Position numbers and translations under genes: made by a program. Positions 46,501 to 55,010 of a DNA stretch of 64,000 nucleotides are shown here, piece by piece. Position 1 is the stretch's first letter. Each line of letters starts with the position of its first letter. This stretch comes from a virus. The stretch lies in IMG/VR virus record IMGVR_UViG_3300027784_001663; one strand, written 5' to 3'. The notes under the pieces were generated by a model that saw only the letters and a program-made list of their open reading frames with translations, was not told the DNA's origin and made no database searches.

Positions 46501-49388
46501 GATGATATATAAATATTATTATCTGTTACAGCAATATCTTTAATTCTAATTAACCTTTCTCCCACAGAAGATATCTCTTTATTTGTTTGAATAAAATCAG
46601 CTTTTAAACTTAAATCTTTTCGAACAACAACCTCAACTATATCATTAAATTTTAAAGGACAATCAAATTTAATAACTTTTTTTCCTATTCTTTTATCATA
46701 CCCTTCTTTATAACCAAATAAAACTAAATTGCCATTAATATAAACATCAAGAATATCATCTTCGCTAATATCATATTCTTCATCATCTATATAATAAACT
46801 TGTAAATCTCTATTTTCAACAAGATCAAATACTTCACTTTCCTTTACAGGATCATATATAATAGTATCATATTGAGAATTAATATCATCAACTATAATTT
46901 GATTAATTTTTGATTGTGTCCCTGCCCATAATACATTAGGATTTTCCCATAATACACATTTTACAGTATTACTCCATAGATTATCTTGTCCTGATGTTAT
47001 TATATCATCAAAATTAGAACCAACCATTTTAGCAATTCCTGCTGATGTCGCTATATATCTTATTGCAGAATTTCGTACAGTAATATCATAAATTGTATTT
47101 GAAGGCAATCCATCCTTAGCTGTATATCTTAAAATATTGTCATTATACAATCTGTATAAACCATTACTAGTTCCTATCCATATAACATTATTCTTATCTA
47201 TTTCAATAGAAGAAACATTAAAAATAGGAAGAGAATCTATAATAATCTCATCTTCTTCAGATATATTAACTATATCTTGAGTATAAGATAATAAATAAAT
47301 TTTTAAACCATTAGGCGTACCTATATAAATTCTATCATTATTAAAAGCTATACTTGTAACTTCTTCTTCATATATTTTATAATAATTTTTTAAATGATTT
47401 GAACTACAATATATTCCATTTTTACCACCTAAATATATATAATTCCTTGTATCAAAAGCAATAGTAGAAAAATCTTTAATACTAGTATCTATACCTATAT
47501 CTTCTAAATTTTCATCCTTTTCTACAGAATAAACTCCATTATATTTATTTATATAACAAAAAATACCATCTTTTCCTACTATCCATACATCTCCATAATT
47601 ATTTACAGCTATATCTTTTCCACTGAAATTATCAAAAGGTGTGTTCTTAGAATTAACGTTCTTAATAACAAAAGGTTCTACAGCATTATCTATATAATAC
47701 CTAAAATATGTAAATATCAAATGCCCATTTATTGTTGAAGAAAAATCTCCAAATCTTATTTCTTTTCTATCTTCAACATTACTAATAAAATAATCATTTT
47801 CATCTTCAATTGCAATATCATTTAAAGAGGTATCGCCATCATATGTAAAATATTTAATATTAGAAAACAATTTATCAGATTTTAGAAATTTTTCATTATA
47901 ATCCCCTATTTCCCTAGATTCATATACAATAAACATTTCATCATAATTCATCTCATAATTATTATTAAAAATCGGAGATATACTAAAATTATTAATACTT
48001 TTTTCTTTTTCAAAATTAAACTTAATATTAGAATAATAACTATTACTAGATTCAAATAAATTATCTAAATGATTATAAACAGAAGCATATATATGTCCTT
48101 CATCCCTAAATACAATATACATATCATGTGTATCAATATTTTCTGCCACCATAGGAAATTTAAAATCATTATTATTTTCTTCAGAACTATCTGTCAGCAT
48201 GCTTGGAGTAATTAGATAATCCAAATTAGATGTTAAAATTGAAGCATATATTTCATATTTTCCTGTTACGTTGTCATGCCAAGAAACACAAATCTTGCCA
48301 CTAACATTAACACCAATATGGGAGTTATCAGCAAAACCACCATTATTAACAACAGTTCTTTCAGCAACTTTGCTTAAATCAGCAAGATTATATTTTTCTA
48401 TTTTAATTTGGGATTTACCATCTAATAATTTTTCTGTATAAGATATAAAAATATCATTAGTATGAGATATCACAGAAGAATTAACAGAACCATTTATAGA
48501 AGATGTTATCTTTATCTCTTCTGACCACTCTAATGTAGAAACATCAAATTTTTTCATGAATATCTGAAATAAATGACTTCTATCATCATCCCACACGCAA
48601 GCGATATCTCCGTCAGCAAGTAATGTTAAAGATGGATTCAATGAATATCCATCACTGTTCCCTATAAGATAAGGATTGCTCCATCCTAATTTATTATTAT
48701 AAACAATCTCAATGGAACTATTAGGAGTTCCATAAGATGTAGTGTAAGCAATAAAAATATACCCATCTTGATTCACTACTATATCAGAATCAGAATAAGT
48801 TCCAACCTGAGTAGCTATTACTTCAATATTAGACCATCCATTATTATCTTTTTTAGAATATAATATAGATCCTTCATATAAAGAATCATCAAACCACACA
48901 ACAAAAACATTCCCCTCCTCATCTTGGAATACAGAAGGATTTAAAGCATTTTGTCCTATTCTAGATGACTCTTTTAAATGTCCATCTATTAATAAAGAAT
49001 AATTTTCTTCTTCAGAATCCTTAGCATAAAGTTTTATCGAATCTTTATGCCCTATTACTCTATAGTCATTAAAACCTGTAGTATCATATACAACACTTCT
49101 ATCATCATTTTTAAATAATATTTCTTGTTCAAAAAAATTAATTACTTCTTTTTTCTTCCCATCATTTACATAGATCCCTATGCCATCATTTTGATTTTCA
49201 CTTAAAACAACTTCGCTATCATTAATATTTCTAACTTTTAATCCAAAATCAATTGTCCATCCTTTATTATTATCTACCTTATCAACCCATTGTGTACCAG
49301 GCTTGTTTTGCGTATAATAACACATACCTCCTTCAATAAGATTTTCATATGGTGTTAAATCCGTAGTATTTATATTATCTATTGTCAT
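43572..49388 (-). CDS. 1938-aa modular putative virion protein: LamG-like domain, several beta-propellers, repeated C-terminal module
   Basis: W(D/H)D-R..IY propeller blades, two-component-propeller repeats IWIGTSNGLYR...DGLPSNTIYDI, DTTPP Ig motif, twin C-terminal modules. Confidence 0.65.
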   Translation of the reverse strand: MTIDNINTTDLTPYENLIEGGMCYYTQNKPGTQWVDKVDNNKGWTIDFGLKVRNINDSEVVLSENQNDGIGIYVNDGKKKEVINFFEQEILFKNDDRSVVYDTTGFNDYRVIGHKDSIKLYAKDSEEENYSLLIDGHLKESSRIGQNALNPSVFQDEEGNVFVVWFDDSLYEGSILYSKKDNNGWSNIEVIATQVGTYSDSDIVVNQDGYIFIAYTTSYGTPNSSIEIVYNNKLGWSNPYLIGNSDGYSLNPSLTLLADGDIACVWDDDRSHLFQIFMKKFDVSTLEWSEEIKITSSINGSVNSSVISHTNDIFISYTEKLLDGKSQIKIEKYNLADLSKVAERTVVNNGGFADNSHIGVNVSGKICVSWHDNVTGKYEIYASILTSNLDYLITPSMLTDSSEENNNDFKFPMVAENIDTHDMYIVFRDEGHIYASVYNHLDNLFESSNSYYSNIKFNFEKEKSINNFSISPIFNNNYEMNYDEMFIVYESREIGDYNEKFLKSDKLFSNIKYFTYDGDTSLNDIAIEDENDYFISNVEDRKEIRFGDFSSTINGHLIFTYFRYYIDNAVEPFVIKNVNSKNTPFDNFSGKDIAVNNYGDVWIVGKDGIFCYINKYNGVYSVEKDENLEDIGIDTSIKDFSTIAFDTRNYIYLGGKNGIYCSSNHLKNYYKIYEEEVTSIAFNNDRIYIGTPNGLKIYLLSYTQDIVNISEEDEIIIDSLPIFNVSSIEIDKNNVIWIGTSNGLYRLYNDNILRYTAKDGLPSNTIYDITVRNSAIRYIATSAGIAKMVGSNFDDIITSGQDNLWSNTVKCVLWENPNVLWAGTQSKINQIIVDDINSQYDTIIYDPVKESEVFDLVENRDLQVYYIDDEEYDISEDDILDVYINGNLVLFGYKEGYDKRIGKKVIKFDCPLKFNDIVEVVVRKDLSLKADFIQTNKEISSVGERLIRIKDIAVTDNNIYISSEGTYNRVKVNDVNTNLPFDKVHLDTTPPRFKNSELDEGYEEREDRPRGINIIEQIDRGKVKVNINDATDGYKGSGIESMIVSNYPNFTVDGENPKDPVPYKTSYIHDMGLSLDENIRRLNIEEGYGSNIVYFSSTEEFFAASSKPAILYKKNGDIWEEKFKYSENAYIDFIAQYNNNLIVSVGYDNNLADIYIYKYVYDESEDFEIKYHDSQKIGESRAHCFSILNNILYIGSGTNNLEGNGTSGKIYRYDGETFTSVIGELGYDIYELTSMPDIEIPDDDSSITKNLFAVVGQDTGGDGQSGFVYEIDVDAPAAFIIHSEQEPLVSAKMAYVNESTSLFIGGMNKGIIKRSPIDINAFNISFQTMPGKVSAIKTFIDSEGEVVLYSCVGPVLYYLSKNNMWIWRYTHIEDINDISFDKTSNSIFIISDNRITEVTSLEQERNIYLSLIDRAGNQTFIDSEKTVDDNPFIDSISISKIKDYVNENRLLEIDSYGNVLFTFGGNNSFYSAEKIEEEKGVYISEVFDGGNSLIKWESLSWQAIRYADTSINVYMRASSSKEDIVRKEWIGPFDNEKSHNIDISFLMGQYVQLKVELISNKKGITPEFHRASIKAVTSEAVHFFTTNFILPSNIKKGILTSEKVIPVSAEIVFGINTTNSIDWSDYQIIDENRVFNITQTGENIRVGIKFITPTSQLTGEGYEYSQYGEDLYFNTIPFNVENNTYDTQKYFFNIIFYADEEMENEIHSISSENSIDGFSIDNQLLSENGVEIEEGEINRVLFTPAGLSGISCDTSYWVKIESYYYQEEEKIIEVIEEGELFILGCSTLFLNKINFNFTNENHITQNYNFKIVIYKNPERTDELSTIYSGNNPEQWTVDGDAFPAEGTDIDALETVDIECNPNWDSIVNFEYGKVYYLIIIAVIESESEEEIISKSYDLRAIEDTDAFYCGDYSNVPIVKNFGIMFELENNQFIKLNLD

Positions 49389-49409
49389 TTTATACTATAC
49401 TTTCTTTAA

Positions 49410-51545
49410 TTAACTATTTAAAAATGTATTTATATTTAACCCATTGTTATCTACATACGACACATCTTCATTATTAATATTTTGAATTCGTTGCCATTTT
49501 TTTATAACTTCATTATCTTGTTCATCAAAAATTGCTTCAAAATCAAACGAGGAAATATGATGTCCCTCTATTATAGAAATACCATCACCATGAGAAAAAA
49601 CTTTTATTTTTGAATTAGAAGAGATTCTAGCCTGAGTAATAATATGATATATATTTCCTTCTATAGGATTAAATATCGCATTATCTGTCCCCACTCTATA
49701 TGGATTTAATGGTACAATACTATATATCTTACTTCCTTGTTTTTTATCATGAGGATTTACTGCAAATACTTTCTGATCTTGAGCATAAGAATCATAATGT
49801 TTTAATAAGCCTTTTAAAGAAATAATATCACTATTCCCAAAATATATATATTTATAAAATTGATAATCGCTAAATTCATCAGCAGTATTAGGATGGAACG
49901 ATCCTGATGTGGTATAATGAAAATACTTATAATCTATTTCAAAAAATTCTCCAGTATTATTTCCTATTTCAAGTCTCTTTAAACTACTTCCTTGAGTGAA
50001 CAACCCAGTCGCATCAATCAACAACTCTCTATTAAAATATATTTTGATATTATTATTTTTTCCAGTAACTGTTAAACTATTATATTTATTAAAATTTAAA
50101 ATTTCAGAATTAATTACTTTATTAGAAAAAAAAGATAAATGATCATAATAAATCCTAATTTCAGCATATCTTGAACCATCTTGTATTTTTAATATCTGAT
50201 AATTATTATTATTTTCTTGGATAGGAATATAAAATAAAGTTTCAATAGTCCATCCATTATTATTATTTACATTATTACTCCATCGAGATCCATCTAATCG
50301 AAAATGTTCATATGTATAATTAGAAAAATTATTATCATCACTAGCTGCTATCGAAATATAATAATCATTCCCTTTCTCTAAAATAGAAGGAGGAATTTGC
50401 CAATTATTTCTATTGTATTCTATAACATTAGAATAAATATTATCAGCATTATAAAAAGTACCTATCTTTATATGAATAAATTTTATGTCTTTACCTTTTG
50501 GAGAATATGCATTCCATCTTAGAACAGGAGTAGTAGTTTGAACATCTAAAGGATTTTTTCTACCATCTATCAAAACATTATTAATAACAAAAGGACTTTC
50601 TTGAATAATTACTTCTTCAGATTCATAGTAAAATGATCCATTTATAGGTTTAACTTCATATCTAACCCTATCTCCTATATCAACAACAGGACGTATATGT
50701 TTTTTATCATTAAAATATGGAATCAAGGAATCATTTATAAACCATTTTATTTTAACGTTATCATATACTAAACCACTGTCACTTCTAAAATCTGCTTTTA
50801 AAATATCATTTTCATTAGGATTTGACGGAAGAACTCTAATGCTTTCAAGTAAGATCGTTTCTTTTTCCACCTTTATAGAGTTAGATGTATATCTAATTCC
50901 ATACTCATATCCATCTTTAGGTAGGACATCAGATACCCATACATCACCAACATCCGTTTCTTCTGACGGAATAAAGATTTTATTATCAAATAAAGGTTGA
51001 TAAATACCATTCTTAAACCATCTAATAAAAGTTCCCTGTTCTAAATCACCATCAGGATCATAAAACGAATAATCAAGATTTAAATCATCAGTAGTCTTTG
51101 GATCTATAGGAAGAAGCGATACATATTCTACCTCTGGAATACTATTATATTTAAAAGAAAAAATATAATAAGAAGTTTCATTATCATATTCATCTTCTAC
51201 TTTTATTTGCCCGTAATATATTTCCCCTCTTTCTATCTTACTAATATCTAATATCCAATATTGTTCCTCTGATTCTACATTTTCATTTACAATATTCCCT
51301 GTAAAGTTATGAGTTCCTAAGTTACTAATGTCATCCGATATAATTAATTCAAAGCTTTTTTGAATAGATAAATCAGTCTGGGATATTGTTCCATCACTTT
51401 CATTAATATCAGATATCGGAATTCCGTAAAAATCCCAAGAAATAATAACTTCATTAGTTATTCTTATAGGATCATCAACAATACTATCCGAATTGATAGG
51501 TATATTATTTATTGTAACATTTAATGTAAGATAATCTGTTGTCAT
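49410..51545 (-). CDS. Modular putative virion protein with A9/Ig-like repeats and LamG-like module
   Basis: PEVEYVSLLP..YSFYDPDGDLE..IRWFKNG; second repeat KIKWFIND; GWTIE module. Confidence 0.6.
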   Translation of the reverse strand: MTTDYLTLNVTINNIPINSDSIVDDPIRITNEVIISWDFYGIPISDINESDGTISQTDLSIQKSFELIISDDISNLGTHNFTGNIVNENVESEEQYWILDISKIERGEIYYGQIKVEDEYDNETSYYIFSFKYNSIPEVEYVSLLPIDPKTTDDLNLDYSFYDPDGDLEQGTFIRWFKNGIYQPLFDNKIFIPSEETDVGDVWVSDVLPKDGYEYGIRYTSNSIKVEKETILLESIRVLPSNPNENDILKADFRSDSGLVYDNVKIKWFINDSLIPYFNDKKHIRPVVDIGDRVRYEVKPINGSFYYESEEVIIQESPFVINNVLIDGRKNPLDVQTTTPVLRWNAYSPKGKDIKFIHIKIGTFYNADNIYSNVIEYNRNNWQIPPSILEKGNDYYISIAASDDNNFSNYTYEHFRLDGSRWSNNVNNNNGWTIETLFYIPIQENNNNYQILKIQDGSRYAEIRIYYDHLSFFSNKVINSEILNFNKYNSLTVTGKNNNIKIYFNRELLIDATGLFTQGSSLKRLEIGNNTGEFFEIDYKYFHYTTSGSFHPNTADEFSDYQFYKYIYFGNSDIISLKGLLKHYDSYAQDQKVFAVNPHDKKQGSKIYSIVPLNPYRVGTDNAIFNPIEGNIYHIITQARISSNSKIKVFSHGDGISIIEGHHISSFDFEAIFDEQDNEVIKKWQRIQNINNEDVSYVDNNGLNINTFLNS

Positions 51546-51550
51546 AATTT

Positions 51551-52519
51551 TTAAATTCTAATAGTTGAATTAGTTATTTTTAAAAAGCCATTTTGTGCCT
51601 CTGCCACATCCTCTTCATGATGTACATATTCATCTAAATAATCTTGTTCTTCCAAATTTGTAAAATCTTTACGAGACTCCCATAATAATAATGATCCTTT
51701 ATATATAGAACCATTATTAGAAGATAAATACAAATAAGACATATCATCAATCACTGAATTAATTTTTATAGTATGAGGATCATGAAAAACTATTGAATAG
51801 GTTTCTATATCATCTATAAAATGATGATAATTAAAAAATTCTTTCGCAGAGTAATTAATAATAGATTGCATATCTTTTTTACTACCTACCTGATTAGAAA
51901 TAAATATATCTTTAATATGCCCATAATTATATATTGTATTGCTATCAAAACTATTAATCCAATTAATATAAAAATCAAAATTAATAATATCTATAGATGA
52001 AATAAAAACCCCCTCATCAATATCATTTTTTTCTTCTCCATCAATATAAATATCAACTTTATCTCCGTCATATATAATAAAAAAATAATGTTCTTTCTCT
52101 GTATCATAAGTTTCAGAAAAAATCATATATTCATTAATATCATCTTTCAAATAAACTGTTAAATAGTTATAACCTAAATTGTCTTTATTAGTATTCTCAA
52201 AAATCGATATTCTTTTATCTCCTCCATCATATAAATCTAAAATAGGCATTTTTATACTATTCAGATCCCCTTCATGTTCTTCATAAACAAAACCAGGGTC
52301 TACTGGACTTAACCAAAATCCAATAGTAAAACTAGATGTTATTCCAAATGATAAATTTTTATTAGTTTTAAGATATTGATTCGACTTCATTACATATGCG
52401 TTATCTTCTGATATATTTACACCTTCTTCACCAAGCATATCCATATAAATTTCTTCATCAACTAAATCGGCTATGCCTTCTTTAAAATCTAAAAAAAATT
52501 GAAAAAAAGGGTTATTCAT
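51551..52519 (-). CDS. LamG/concanavalin-A-like domain protein
   Basis: SFTIGFWL...HYFFIIYDGDKVDIYIDG...GHIKDIFI. Confidence 0.7.
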   Translation of the reverse strand: MNNPFFQFFLDFKEGIADLVDEEIYMDMLGEEGVNISEDNAYVMKSNQYLKTNKNLSFGITSSFTIGFWLSPVDPGFVYEEHEGDLNSIKMPILDLYDGGDKRISIFENTNKDNLGYNYLTVYLKDDINEYMIFSETYDTEKEHYFFIIYDGDKVDIYIDGEEKNDIDEGVFISSIDIINFDFYINWINSFDSNTIYNYGHIKDIFISNQVGSKKDMQSIINYSAKEFFNYHHFIDDIETYSIVFHDPHTIKINSVIDDMSYLYLSSNNGSIYKGSLLLWESRKDFTNLEEQDYLDEYVHHEEDVAEAQNGFLKITNSTIRI

Positions 52520-52522
52520 AAT

Positions 52523-53509
52523 TTAAGTTCCTTTAGAATAAGTTACACTCAAACTGATATTATTCATATTATAAGAATCCTGCCCAATAGAAACTTCTCT
52601 TTTTAACCATACATAAAAAACATCTTGATAATTCATAGATATAGAATCAAGAATCCCATTTGAATTTACATCTAATTTTATATCTTTAAATTCTGTTATT
52701 TTATCTTTTTTTGTATCAGGAGAAATTGTCCCAGATAGAACCCTTTGACTAGGAGCAGGATATATTTCATATTCTATATTATTATCATGGGCCTCAGAAT
52801 TATCCTCTGTTAATGCATTATAAAAAATTATTTTCCCTGTTGCTAAATCATAGCTATTAATAATCCTTTGCTGCCCTTGATTAGGTCCATCTAATATTTT
52901 TAAATATGAATCTTTACAAATATTATCCTTATCTAATCCACTATCTATTAAACTTGCATCAGTAATAGACATGCTATCCCAATCATCTGAAGTAGATTTT
53001 ACATATTGATGAGAAGGTGTCTCAATAGCAACTTTAATATTAGTATAAGGATTCTGGCTATTATGATTTACATATAAAAAAACATTATATAAAGTCTCTT
53101 CTTTATCATTTCGAAAAGCAACACATCTGTATTGTTCATTTTTATCATTAAAAACATCATTAAATAAATTAGAATGTAATAAAGTAACAATATCACCTGA
53201 TAAATGTATCGATTTTTTATTATTTATATATCTCTCACAAATAGCACTTCTTATATATGGATTATAAACATCTGTAAAGCCTTTTGATTTTATAATCTCA
53301 TTTCCAATACTTATAAGATCTTCAGATTCCCATTCACTCCAAGAAGAATCGGGTAAATATAATCTAATTTTATCTGAATAGATTCCGATATCCTCATCTA
53401 AAATGCCCCAAGGATATAACAATGAAGAACTAATGTATCCACCTATCGATCTAGTATAATTCGATTGAAGTGTATTTATTTCATCATATGTGGTTAAATA
53501 GAAATGCAC
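52523..53509 (-). CDS. Phage tail-associated protein with two inserted beta modules
   Basis: SIGGYIS...LFNDV...YRCVAFRN...YVWLKREV core; inserts IGNEII...CER...H..GDIV and LKILDGPNQGQQRIINSY..TGKI resemble tail-protein modules. Confidence 0.55.
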   Translation of the reverse strand: MHFYLTTYDEINTLQSNYTRSIGGYISSSLLYPWGILDEDIGIYSDKIRLYLPDSSWSEWESEDLISIGNEIIKSKGFTDVYNPYIRSAICERYINNKKSIHLSGDIVTLLHSNLFNDVFNDKNEQYRCVAFRNDKEETLYNVFLYVNHNSQNPYTNIKVAIETPSHQYVKSTSDDWDSMSITDASLIDSGLDKDNICKDSYLKILDGPNQGQQRIINSYDLATGKIIFYNALTEDNSEAHDNNIEYEIYPAPSQRVLSGTISPDTKKDKITEFKDIKLDVNSNGILDSISMNYQDVFYVWLKREVSIGQDSYNMNNISLSVTYSKGT

Positions 53510-53511
53510 TA

Positions 53512-55002
53512 TTACAAACCTCCTATATTCATATCAATAATTTTTAATTCATAATCCCCGTCTTTACCACTAAAAATATAAACATTAGTATCATTATTAA
53601 AAAATACAAATAATAAATTTTTAAATGATTTTATATAAGCTACACTTTTTGACCATAACATATTATTATATTCTATATTATAAGACCCATCAAAACTTAC
53701 GATATTTCCATTTTGTAATCCCATAAAAATTTTATTATCAAAAACTGTCATACTATTAATCTGTGAATCTTTTTCATCAATCTCCAAAACATCATTTAAT
53801 CCATCCTCATTATACCTTTTTAAAACTCCCTTTTTTTTATTATGTTTTAAAGATAAATAAAGATCATCACCATATAAAATCTCCATGGATATAACATTAT
53901 TAGGCAAATCAACCTTATAACTAAGATTTTTATATAAACTAGGATTTTTTCCACCAAATGCTATCCACAAGTTTTCATAATCTTCTGCTCCTTCAATAGG
54001 TAAAATAAAATCTATTGGTCTATTATTTAATTCTTTATATTTCCTAAAATTTTCTTTTTCAGGATCAGGAATAACTACATTACCAGCATAATCTCTATAC
54101 CTAGCTTGGATCAATTTTTCCCCATCATCACCTTTTACTTCATAAGATATTAAATCTGTCATATCATAATATGGACTTTTAGATATAGCAAAATCATCAT
54201 TTATATCCATTTGTTCAATTCGAACAGATTCCACACCAGTTGTTTCATCATAAGCCACTAAAGAAGTAATTATATTACGATAATTAATAAATTCTTCATT
54301 ATTTATTATATCTAAAAAACCAATAGGAGGTAATGTATCTGTCAAAAAATAATTCAAACTATTAATTTTTATCTTATCTATCACAACAGGAGTAGAAACC
54401 ACATCTCCGTCTACTAGCTCAACTTTTATCATATAATCATCGGCAGAAGTTATATCTCTTACATCCCAATAAACAGGTGGTGTTGTTATAGGAACATGTT
54501 TTTTAATAAATTTCCAATCAATATCCAAGCTATCACATTTATAATATATATTATAATATGCTCTTTCTGAACATTGTTCAATAATAGCACTTATATCAAG
54601 TACTATAGGGACATAAATAAAATAACTACTTTGAGGTATCGGTTTAAATACAGACGGTACAGATAATTGTCTTTCTCTAATTCTAAATGAAGAAGACACG
54701 GACATTTTACTTCTTTCCCCACTATGATTACATAATCTTATACCTAAATAACAATCATCACTTTTTATATTAAAGGGGATATGCCAAGTAAAATTCGTAT
54801 TTCCAGTGGAAATTTTAGATATTTGTTTCCATTTATTATCTTTGAATTTTTCATAGGAATCAGTAAAAAAAATTTCATACCATAAAACATCTAAAGATTC
54901 TTTGATTATCCGAGGTTCATACCATTCAATATCTATCTTTCTTTGATAGATAGTTTCTCCCCCATTAGGATATTTTATACTAGGTCCATTTTCTAATAAC
55001 AT
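53512..55002 (-). CDS. Ig/FN3-like repeat plus propeller protein
   Basis: YPNGGE Ig motif, FTWHIP, DTLPPIG...AYDETTGVESV, propeller-like C-terminus. Confidence 0.6.
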   Translation of the reverse strand: MLLENGPSIKYPNGGETIYQRKIDIEWYEPRIIKESLDVLWYEIFFTDSYEKFKDNKWKQISKISTGNTNFTWHIPFNIKSDDCYLGIRLCNHSGERSKMSVSSSFRIRERQLSVPSVFKPIPQSSYFIYVPIVLDISAIIEQCSERAYYNIYYKCDSLDIDWKFIKKHVPITTPPVYWDVRDITSADDYMIKVELVDGDVVSTPVVIDKIKINSLNYFLTDTLPPIGFLDIINNEEFINYRNIITSLVAYDETTGVESVRIEQMDINDDFAISKSPYYDMTDLISYEVKGDDGEKLIQARYRDYAGNVVIPDPEKENFRKYKELNNRPIDFILPIEGAEDYENLWIAFGGKNPSLYKNLSYKVDLPNNVISMEILYGDDLYLSLKHNKKKGVLKRYNEDGLNDVLEIDEKDSQINSMTVFDNKIFMGLQNGNIVSFDGSYNIEYNNMLWSKSVAYIKSFKNLLFVFFNNDTNVYIFSGKDGDYELKIIDMNIGGL

Positions 55003-55010
55003 TCTAACAC

